A stretch of 61,691 nt of DNA, taken from sequence record DRR723986_4096; one strand, given 5' to 3'. The position numbers and the translations under genes were made by a program. Below the pieces are notes generated by a model that worked only from the letters and a program-made list of their open reading frames with translations, was not told the DNA's origin and made no database searches. This document shows positions 20,131-27,860 of this stretch, one piece after another. Each line of letters starts with the position of its first letter. Position 1 is the stretch's first letter.

Positions 20131-21279
20131 TCACAGGGTGACGTCGACCGTTCGTTCTTTTCCTCCGCGGAAGACTTTTAGTTTGACGGTGTCGCCGACG
20201 GACTTGTCAGATAGAGCATTCTGAAGGTCGGCTCGTGTGCTTAATGGTTTGCCATCAAGACTGAGGATGATGTCGCCAATGCTGACACCGCGACGCGTCT
20301 GAGTGATGCCTTCCAGGCCAGCTCGCATAGCGGGGCTGCCGTCAGAGACTTCGAGAACGACGATGCCGTCTATTCCAGATCGCCTTGCAAAACTGGCGCT
20401 CAGTTCATCATCTGTATAGACGCCAAGCTTCGGCGGTTCGTAATTGCCGCGAGCGATCACCATGGGCACAACCTTGTTCACCGTGTCGACTGGGATGGCA
20501 AAGCCTAGTCCTGCCGAAGCGCCGGTGGGGCTGTAGATGGCCGTGTTGACGCCGATGAGTCGCCCAGCGGAATCCAATAGTGGTCCTCCAGAGTTTCCTG
20601 GGTTGATGGCAGCATCAATTTGTATAACGTTGTCGATCTGGCGTCCCGACGGGGATTCGATCCGACGGTCCTTGGCGGAAATTATCCCGGTCGTTAGCGT
20701 CTGCTGCAGGCCAAACGGATTGCCGATAGCGAAAACACTTTGTCCCACCAGTAGTTCTTCGCTTTCACCGATCAAGACCGGTCGTAGGTAGTCCGTCGGT
20801 GCTGAGATGCGAAGGACAGCCAGATCGTTGTCTGGCGAAGTGCCGACTAGGCTAGCGTTGTAGCTAGATTGATCGTCGAACACGACTGTTGCCGTCGACG
20901 CGCCTTCGATGACATGAAAATTGGTCACGATATGTCCTTGGTCGTCCCATACAAAGCCGCTGCCGGTGCCCGACTCCCGTTCACGAACTCCGAAGAAACG
21001 ATCACGTGTGAGGGCTTTGGTCGTGATAAACACAACCGATGGACTCGTTTCCTTGAACAGCTCCACCGTTGTCTGTTCAAACTCCGCAAGCGCTCCTCGT
21101 GGGGTAACCGCTCGCGGCTCGCCAGTGACTCGATTGCCAAGCCACAAGCGAATCATGGGCAGCAAGAGCATGATCGCAAGGAGGATCATCAAGATCCAAG
21201 AGAATAGCAATTGGCGACGCATGGTTGCTATGTCACTGCGATTTTCGGCATCGTAAATGGGTGGCGGTGTAGAACTCAT
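20131..21279 (-). CDS. HtrA/DegS-like serine protease (S1C) with one PDZ domain
   Basis: N-terminal TM; 'GTGSGF', 'VTNFHVI', 'DLAVL', 'IQIDAAINPGNSGGPLL'; PDZ 'GSPAMRAGL..GDIILSLDG'. Confidence 0.96.
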   Translation of the reverse strand: MSSTPPPIYDAENRSDIATMRRQLLFSWILMILLAIMLLLPMIRLWLGNRVTGEPRAVTPRGALAEFEQTTVELFKETSPSVVFITTKALTRDRFFGVRERESGTGSGFVWDDQGHIVTNFHVIEGASTATVVFDDQSSYNASLVGTSPDNDLAVLRISAPTDYLRPVLIGESEELLVGQSVFAIGNPFGLQQTLTTGIISAKDRRIESPSGRQIDNVIQIDAAINPGNSGGPLLDSAGRLIGVNTAIYSPTGASAGLGFAIPVDTVNKVVPMVIARGNYEPPKLGVYTDDELSASFARRSGIDGIVVLEVSDGSPAMRAGLEGITQTRRGVSIGDIILSLDGKPLSTRADLQNALSDKSVGDTVKLKVFRGGKERTVDVTL

Positions 21280-21386
21280 GCAGCAATTGTCTCGGTCAGG
21301 TTAGTGGCAAGTCGATGCGACAAACGAACTGAATTGTTGGTATCGGCAGCAAGCGATGGTTGAAGTTAGAGCCCAAAGATGAACTC

Positions 21387-22403
21387 TCAGAGCCCATTCA
21401 CTATATTTCTAGGCAGCTTTCCCTCAAGAACACGGCGCACGTTTTCGCTGCCCTTTCGCCGCATATCCGATAGCCCCTCTTCACTATAGAAGGCCGAATG
21501 TGGGGTCAAAATGAGGCGGTCGCTGGCCGGATGCGACGGATCCCGCCAGGCTCTAATCAGCGGTGAATCATCGCTGGGTGGTTCCTCCTCAAGCACATCA
21601 ATGCCGGCACCGGCCAGTTGTCCCGACTCGATGGCTTCCAGCACCGCGTTTACCTCGACAACTCCACCACGGGATGTGTTGACGATGTAGCTGCCGGGCT
21701 GCATCAGTTTAATAGTGTCCTTGTTGACAATGTGATGCGTCTGTTCAGACAGCAAGCAGTGGCAACTGATCACGTTCGATGCCTGGAATAGTTCTTCGAT
21801 GCTCTCGACTCGCGTAACGCCGATCGCCTTGTCCGTACCGTCGACGGCATAGGGGTCATAGTAGACAACCTGCATTCCAAGTGCCTTGGCTCGTAGGGCG
21901 GCCGCTGTTCCAATGCGACCCATGCCAATGACTCCGAAAGTTTGATCGCGCACACGGTTGAGCGGCACAACCAGTTCGTACTTCCAGTTCTCGGTTCCGC
22001 GTTGACACAACTGGTTGAGTCGGTGCGTGCCGCGGAGCAAGCTGAGCGTCATTGCGATGGCGGCGTCCGCGACATCTTCGGTCCCATAATCGGGCACATT
22101 GGCAACGGCGATCCCTTTTTCACGAGCGGCGTTTAGGTCGATGTTGTCGAAGCCCGCGCCGCAGCGGACGATAATCTTGCAGTTCGTCAGCCGATCAATG
22201 GCTTTCGCCGTAACGCTGACGAAGTGATACACCATCAAGGCGTCTGAGCTCGCCAAGACTGGATCGTCCAGCCGAGCGATGAACTCTTCAGTACTCAGCG
22301 CACCCAAGGCTATGACATCGACGTCCCCACCGAGCACTTCACGCTCAACGGTCAGTGGTTCGTCAATGAAGTCGGTTACAAGGACTCTTGGGGGCGTGGA
22401 CAT
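21387..22403 (-). CDS. D-isomer-specific 2-hydroxyacid dehydrogenase (CtBP-like)
   Basis: 'RCGAGFDNID', 'NVPDYGTEDVAD', 'GVIGMGRIG', 'VNTSRG', 'DVLEEEP', 'TPHSAFYS'; ATG at 22403. Confidence 0.93.
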   Translation of the reverse strand: MSTPPRVLVTDFIDEPLTVEREVLGGDVDVIALGALSTEEFIARLDDPVLASSDALMVYHFVSVTAKAIDRLTNCKIIVRCGAGFDNIDLNAAREKGIAVANVPDYGTEDVADAAIAMTLSLLRGTHRLNQLCQRGTENWKYELVVPLNRVRDQTFGVIGMGRIGTAAALRAKALGMQVVYYDPYAVDGTDKAIGVTRVESIEELFQASNVISCHCLLSEQTHHIVNKDTIKLMQPGSYIVNTSRGGVVEVNAVLEAIESGQLAGAGIDVLEEEPPSDDSPLIRAWRDPSHPASDRLILTPHSAFYSEEGLSDMRRKGSENVRRVLEGKLPRNIVNGL

Positions 22404-22567
22404 ACTTCGTTTCTTCAGAGGGGGAGGGGTGAGCTGGGTTGGCACCTTGCAGATGTTGATTCGCAGAAATAGCGAAAAAACTGACTGGCGAGGTGTAACG
22501 CGGCCAAGAGACCGGCGTACTAGCGGCGACTTTCCGATCAACTCATCAAAGATACAGGAATCGAGCC

Positions 22568-23998
22568 ATGAAATTCAGGCTACTTGCTCCGATATTTGCA
22601 GCAATTGCTTCAATCAGTACCAGTCCACTCCACGCTCAGATCAACTTGGGCAACATCCTCAAAGGAGCTCAATCAGGTGCTCGAGGCGGCAGCTCCAGCG
22701 GGGGGAATCGTCACATTCCTTTCCAGTCGCCGACCCGCAACTGGGTGCAGCCGTCCAATTCCGGCTCGACAGGACAAGCTTTCCCAGCCGTCATGCCAAG
22801 CCCCTCAAAGGGTTCATCAAAGGCAGGCGTCGGTCTGGGGTGGGGCAATCGCGGCCCTCAGATGAACATCGGCAAGGGCAACGCGAACGTCTCCATTGAT
22901 CATCGAGGCGGCGTCGGCGTCGGAGTTGATTCCGCAAATGGCGGCATCGGAATCGGCGTCAACGGCGGAGTCGGAGCCAGCAAGAATGGTGCTGGAGTCG
23001 GTGCGAGCCAGAACGGTGGCGTTGGAATTGGAATCGGCAAGAACGGGGGCACCGGCGTTGGAGTTGGCTCCAACGGCGGAGTCGGGATTGGCATTGGTGA
23101 AAATGGTGGCACCGGAGTTGGCATTGGCGACTCTGGCGGAGTTGGCATTGGCAAAGGAGTCAACGGGGGCACCGGTGTGGGAGTTGGCAGTAATGGCGGA
23201 GTTGGTTTCGGCGAGGGGTACAACGGAGGCGTTGGTCTGGGCGTTGGTGAGAATGGCGGGTTCGGGCATGGCACAGGATACAACGGTGGAGTCGGTATTG
23301 GAGAAGGTTCCAATGGTGGCTACGGACGCGGGATTGGAGCTAATGGCGGACTTGGCCATGGAGTTGGCATCAACGGCGGAATGGGTCGCGGTGTCGGTGT
23401 AAACGGTGGTTATGGCAAAGGAACAGGAATCAACGGTGGCATCGGAGAAGGAATTGGGATGAACGGTGGCATTGGCATCGGCAATGGGATCAATGGCGGA
23501 ATGGGACGCGGCATCGGAGTAAATGGTGGATACGGCAAGGGGACGGGCATCAACGGCGGTATCGGAGAAGGCATTGGTGTTAACGGCGGCGTCGGGCTCG
23601 GTACTGGAATCAATGGCGGTCGTGGAAAAGGTATTGGAATCGATGGAGGCATCGGCCGTGGTCTTGGTGTCAACGGTGGTAAAGGCCTCGGTATTGGCGA
23701 GCGTGGTGGTCAGGGTACTGGCATCGGCATGGACGGCGGCACGGGAGTTGGAATCGGGGAAGATGGTGGCAAGGGCGTAGGCATTGGCACTCAAGGCGGG
23801 CAAGCAATGGCGCTGGGAGCCGCCGGAGGTGCTGCAACTGCGGCTGGAACTGATGGAGGAACCGGAGTTGCTGTTGCATCTGAAGGCCAAAGCACGGGGG
23901 CACTCGCGACCGGTGGCACGACGGCAGTAAGCGCTCCTCCTGCAACGGTGAAGTCGCAGACAGTCATCTCCGCACCGCGAAATCCATTCCGCAAGTAA
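22568..23998 (+). CDS. Secreted glycine-rich decapeptide-repeat protein
   Basis: AGGA RBS, signal peptide (..PLHA-Q), 26 consecutive xGxGxGx[N/D]GG units, Gly codons vary at the third position. Confidence 0.88.
   Translation: MKFRLLAPIFAAIASISTSPLHAQINLGNILKGAQSGARGGSSSGGNRHIPFQSPTRNWVQPSNSGSTGQAFPAVMPSPSKGSSKAGVGLGWGNRGPQMNIGKGNANVSIDHRGGVGVGVDSANGGIGIGVNGGVGASKNGAGVGASQNGGVGIGIGKNGGTGVGVGSNGGVGIGIGENGGTGVGIGDSGGVGIGKGVNGGTGVGVGSNGGVGFGEGYNGGVGLGVGENGGFGHGTGYNGGVGIGEGSNGGYGRGIGANGGLGHGVGINGGMGRGVGVNGGYGKGTGINGGIGEGIGMNGGIGIGNGINGGMGRGIGVNGGYGKGTGINGGIGEGIGVNGGVGLGTGINGGRGKGIGIDGGIGRGLGVNGGKGLGIGERGGQGTGIGMDGGTGVGIGEDGGKGVGIGTQGGQAMALGAAGGAATAAGTDGGTGVAVASEGQSTGALATGGTTAVSAPPATVKSQTVISAPRNPFRK
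23021..23800 (+). repeat. Intragenic 30-nt-period tandem repeat (26 units)
   Basis: From VGIGIGKNGG (23021) to KGVGIGTQGG (ends 23800) with no indel. Confidence 0.95.
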
Positions 23999-24099
23999 CC
24001 CAGGGGCTCAATCGGTCACCCTAGCCAAGCAGCGTTGGGTGGTCGGCTTGGCGGCCTGACACTACTCGTTTCTTAAAGCATTACCTGAGAGATTTAACA

Positions 24100-24999
24100 A
24101 TGCGTTCTTCAAGTTCACAAGCAATGCTATGGGCGGTTGCCTTCGCGCTAATCGCTGCCTGTCCAAGTGCAGAGTGTAGCGCTCAGTTTGGCATTGGTGG
24201 CGGCATTGGTGGCGGCATGCCAGGGCGTCGCAGTGGAGGCTCCTTCGGGCCATCGATTCGACCTCCAATGATGCCGCCCATGATGACACCTGGTCCTATG
24301 ATGGGGCCGCCGATCCCTCCGTTTTTGCAAAACCGGTCGGGTCAATCCAGCGGAAGCCGCCGCGGCGGTACTCGCACACAGCCAACTCCGACTTATCGGG
24401 TTGTACAGCCGGCCCAGCCCGTTTATCAATCGCAGCCTACGTATCGGGTCGTCGAGAGCAAACCAGCAATGCCGACGTCGACGACTACCAGCTCAGTGCT
24501 TGAGTCGCCGGTCAAGGCGAGTCCGATGAGTGAAGTGCGTAGCATCGTTGAAGAGTGTAAAAAGCTCTTTCGCAAGGGAGAGTACCGAGGAGCTGCCGAC
24601 AAGCTTGATCGCGTGGTGGAATTGGCCAAGGAAGATACCAACGCCTATCAATTTCGCTCTTACGCCTACTTCGCTGCGGGCAATTTTGACGCCGCGGCAG
24701 CAGACGCATACGACGCGCTCTTGCTCGGCAATACTTGGGACTGGCAAGCCGTGTACGACCTGTACGGCTCGGACAAGACCTACACGAAACACCTGAGAGA
24801 ACTCGAGCAGCTTAGCAAGAAGTCGCCCAGTATGAGCAACCACTTCTTGCTAGCGTACCAGTACTTGGTGCTCAACCATCTAGATTATGGTCAGAAGCAG
24901 CTTGAGAAAGCTCTCGCCCTGCAACCCGGCGAACCACTGATGACTCAGTTGCTCGCCGTTGTTAAGCAGGTGCAGGCGCAGAAGGCTACTACAAAGTAG
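24100..24999 (+). CDS. Secreted TPR-repeat protein with Gly/Pro/Met-rich N-terminal region
   Basis: Signal peptide (..ECSA-Q); 'KLFRKGEYRGAADKLDRVVEL', 'AYFAAGNFDAAA', 'HFLLAYQYL....YGQKQLEKALALQPGE'. Confidence 0.88.
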   Translation: MRSSSSQAMLWAVAFALIAACPSAECSAQFGIGGGIGGGMPGRRSGGSFGPSIRPPMMPPMMTPGPMMGPPIPPFLQNRSGQSSGSRRGGTRTQPTPTYRVVQPAQPVYQSQPTYRVVESKPAMPTSTTTSSVLESPVKASPMSEVRSIVEECKKLFRKGEYRGAADKLDRVVELAKEDTNAYQFRSYAYFAAGNFDAAAADAYDALLLGNTWDWQAVYDLYGSDKTYTKHLRELEQLSKKSPSMSNHFLLAYQYLVLNHLDYGQKQLEKALALQPGEPLMTQLLAVVKQVQAQKATTK

Positions 25000-25007
25000 A
25001 TTCGTTT

Positions 25008-25709
25008 CTACTCGGTCTCGGGTGCCTCAAAAAGCGTTCGGTAAACGACGCCCGCAAGGATGGCTCCCACGATCGGGGCCGCCCAGAATAACCAAAGCTG
25101 ACTGATGTATTCTCCGCCGGCTAGCAGTGCTGGACCAGTGCTGCGTGCCGGATTGACGCTTAGGTTCGTTACCGGAATACCGATCAGGTGGATGAGCGTC
25201 AGGCCAAGACCAATTGCGATTGGCGCAAAGCCGGCTGGTGCTCGTCGATCTGTCGATCCAAGAATGATCAGCAAGAACATGAACGTCAGCACGATTTCGG
25301 CGACCAAGCAGGCGACCATGGAGTAGCCCTCGGGGCTGAGGTCGGCAAAGCCATTAGCGGCAAAACCGCCTGTCTCAAACCCCTCTTTTCCAGACGCGAT
25401 GACGTGTAAAACACTAGCTCCGGCGATCGCACCCAGTACTTGGGCGACGATATAGCCGCCGATGTCCTTCACTGAGAATCGTCCGCCGACAAGGAGGCCC
25501 GCGCTAACGGCCGGATTCAAATGGCAGCCGGAGATGTGACCAATTGCGTAAGCCATCGTCATCACGGTGAGTCCGAAAGCAAACGAGACTCCGAGCCAAC
25601 CAATTCCAACTTTCTCTGCGCCGGTCGCCAATACAGCAGCACCGCATCCGCCGAACACTAGCCAAAACGTTCCGAAGAACTCGGCCGCACATTTCTTCCC
25701 CAAATCCAT
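25008..25709 (-). CDS. aqpZ: Aquaporin Z
   Basis: '[18 protein letters not shown]', '[12 protein letters not shown]', '[15 protein letters not shown]'. Confidence 0.98.
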   Translation of the reverse strand: MDLGKKCAAEFFGTFWLVFGGCGAAVLATGAEKVGIGWLGVSFAFGLTVMTMAYAIGHISGCHLNPAVSAGLLVGGRFSVKDIGGYIVAQVLGAIAGASVLHVIASGKEGFETGGFAANGFADLSPEGYSMVACLVAEIVLTFMFLLIILGSTDRRAPAGFAPIAIGLGLTLIHLIGIPVTNLSVNPARSTGPALLAGGEYISQLWLFWAAPIVGAILAGVVYRTLFEAPETE

Positions 25710-26127
25710 AAGTCATCTCCATTGTGTTCACCGTGCTGCTGCTTCCGCCAGCGGCAGTCTCCGAGTGATAAAGTTGTAAAAGAGCATTCCAGCCTGAAAA
25801 GCGGGCTGGGATAAAGTCTTAGCGTCGAATGTGCGTAATGTCCGCAAGGAACAGTGCTTCTTTGCACTGAATTTCACCAAAAAAAGAAAACAGGCTCGCT
25901 ATCTTGGATGCCTAGTATCCCCCAGCCCGGGTGGCGGTTCCGCGTTTCTGGGTAGTCAGTGGTCAGCGCGGCGCACCGGCATGGTGGCTTTCTGTGTTCG
26001 GGCGGTAGAGCAGAGCCCACGCTGTATCGGCGTTGTGGCAATCGGTGTTGTGGCAAGTCGGGCGGTTTAGGGGGATGCACAGCTCGCCTCGATAGATCGC
26101 CCATCGCCTCGATACATTGCCCAGTCG

Positions 26128-26478
26128 TCACTCGGTCCAGGTCTTGAGGTACTTGGCAAGGTTTGCGGAAACCTGCCCCTTAGAAAGTACGGGTTCGAAG
26201 CCCGCCGATTGCGCGGCGAGAATTTTGGCTTCGTGAACATGCGATGCGTAGCCAACCAATCGAGCGGAAGGGAAACGCTGCTTGAGTGTGGAAACGGCGT
26301 CCGGCAATGAAGCAGTATCGATGCTGCCCAGGTCTTGGATTACGACCGATACAGATTCACCATCGATGTCTTTCTTGGTTTCCGGGTTCAGGAGGACCGA
26401 CGACTCCATTGAACAGCTTTCCGCGGCGCTACGAATGATGGGTGCAAAGAAAAGATCCTTCGAAACTAAGACAACCAT
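26128..26478 (-). CDS. Small stand-alone atypical receiver (CheY-like) protein
   Basis: 'VLVSKDLFF', 'VVIQDL', 'LVGYASHV', 'AQSAGFEPVLSK' follow the receiver beta/alpha pattern; ATG 26478. Confidence 0.7.
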   Translation of the reverse strand: MVVLVSKDLFFAPIIRSAAESCSMESSVLLNPETKKDIDGESVSVVIQDLGSIDTASLPDAVSTLKQRFPSARLVGYASHVHEAKILAAQSAGFEPVLSKGQVSANLAKYLKTWTE

Positions 26479-26803
26479 ACTGATAACCTTTGAAGATGCC
26501 TCGCGCCGTATTCGCATAGCTCACGCTGCGGTTGTATTTCGGAAGCTTGCGTAACGCAACGGGGTGCGCGAGTGAAGTAGTGTCAGCCACCCGGTAGCAT
26601 TCCCGTTGTGCATCTGTGGGCCACCCGGCAGAGTGGACAAACGTCGATGGGAGCGGGGCGAGAGCCGATGTCGGCAAACTCCGGACCTCAAGCCAGCGGA
26701 GGTCACGGTGTGCGATACAATGAGACTCTCACATGGCGAACGCCATTCTGGCTCGCTACGGCCCAACGCAGTTCCACCACGACAACAGATTAGTTTCCCT
26801 GAA

Positions 26804-27847
26804 ATGACATCTCCTTGGATCCATGACGCGATCGAACGCATCGAATCCGACTTTAACCGTTCGGCTGATACACACCTGATCAAGCTGCCGAGGTGTATCT
26901 GCCCGAACATTGACTTGTACTTGAAAGACGAGTCGATTCACCCTTCGGGTAGCTTGAAACATCGGCTCGCACGATCTCTGTTTCTGTATGCGTTGTGCAA
27001 CGGTTGGTTGCATGAGGGAAGCCCCGTCGTGGAGGCTTCGTCAGGTAGCACTGCAATTAGCGAAGCTTACTTTGCAAAGTTAATCGACTTGCCATTTCAT
27101 ACCGTCATCCCGAGAGGCACCGCAAAGGAGAAGATCAAGAAGATCGAATTCCTTGGCGGGACGTGTCATCTGTGCGACAGCAAAGATATTTACACTCAGG
27201 CTCAAGACCTTGCTAAAGAACTGGGGGGCCACTACATGGACCAGTTTACCTACGCCGAGCGAGCCACCGACTGGCGTGGTAACAACAACATTGCAGAATC
27301 GCTTTTCAAGCAGATGGAGTACGAGCGATTCCCCAATCCCGCTTGGGTTGTCATGAGCGCTGGCACCGGTGGCACGTCGGCCACCATCGGTCGGTTCATT
27401 CGCTACCAAAAGCTATCCACGAAGCTCTGTGTTGCCGATCCCGAATATTCCGTGTTCTACGACTATTACAATACGGGCGACAAGCATATCGCCATCGATC
27501 AACAATCGCGAATTGAAGGGATTGGCCGCCCCCGCGTAGAACCTTCGTTTATCCCTAGCGTTGTTGATCGCATGATTCGCGTTCCCGACGCCGCCGCGAT
27601 TGCGACGATCCGCCGGCTCACTTGTTTCATTGATCGTCGATGCGGTGGTTCAACGGGAACGAATCTGTGGGCTGCATTCACGTTGATGAAGGAAATGCGT
27701 GACTCAGGACAGTCGGGCAGTATCGTAACGATGATTTGCGACGGAGGCGAACGCTACCTGGACACCTACTACAACGATGATTGGCTCGCCGACAATGGAC
27801 TCGATCTACGTCCGTACGAAGCGGAATTGGCTAGGATCCTCAATTAG
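26804..27847 (+). CDS. PLP-dependent cysteine synthase family protein (Cds1-like cysteine desulfhydrase)
   Basis: 'NRSADTHL', 'LYLKDESIHPSGSLKHRLARSLFLY', 'EASSGSTAISEAYFA', 'DQFTYAERATDWRGNNNIAES', 'GTGGT', 'IEGIGRPRVEPSF'. Confidence 0.92.
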   Translation: MTSPWIHDAIERIESDFNRSADTHLIKLPRCICPNIDLYLKDESIHPSGSLKHRLARSLFLYALCNGWLHEGSPVVEASSGSTAISEAYFAKLIDLPFHTVIPRGTAKEKIKKIEFLGGTCHLCDSKDIYTQAQDLAKELGGHYMDQFTYAERATDWRGNNNIAESLFKQMEYERFPNPAWVVMSAGTGGTSATIGRFIRYQKLSTKLCVADPEYSVFYDYYNTGDKHIAIDQQSRIEGIGRPRVEPSFIPSVVDRMIRVPDAAAIATIRRLTCFIDRRCGGSTGTNLWAAFTLMKEMRDSGQSGSIVTMICDGGERYLDTYYNDDWLADNGLDLRPYEAELARILN

Positions 27848-27860
27848 GAGACGAACGACC

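Noticed and set aside
23021-23800. 30-nt periodicity as a possible CRISPR array
   Set aside because: There is no constant repeat with unique spacers, variation follows codon positions, and no cas genes are present.
22817-23890. 357-aa minus-strand ORF and Pro-rich ORFs (22900-23313, 23410-23673)
   Set aside because: These are antisense shadows of the GGN-rich repeat. The plus frame has the RBS, signal peptide and third-position variation.
26025-26055. 15-nt tandem duplication atcgg(c/t)gttgtggca
   Set aside because: Only two copies, with no supporting context.
26185-26210. GGTTCGAAGCCC resembling a tRNA T-arm
   Set aside because: It lies inside a CDS on the opposite strand, with no cloverleaf.
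26606-26803. Upstream extension of the Cds1-like ORF, and overlapping ORF 26521-26910
   Set aside because: Family similarity begins at MTSPWIHDAI (26804); the extension looks non-coding.
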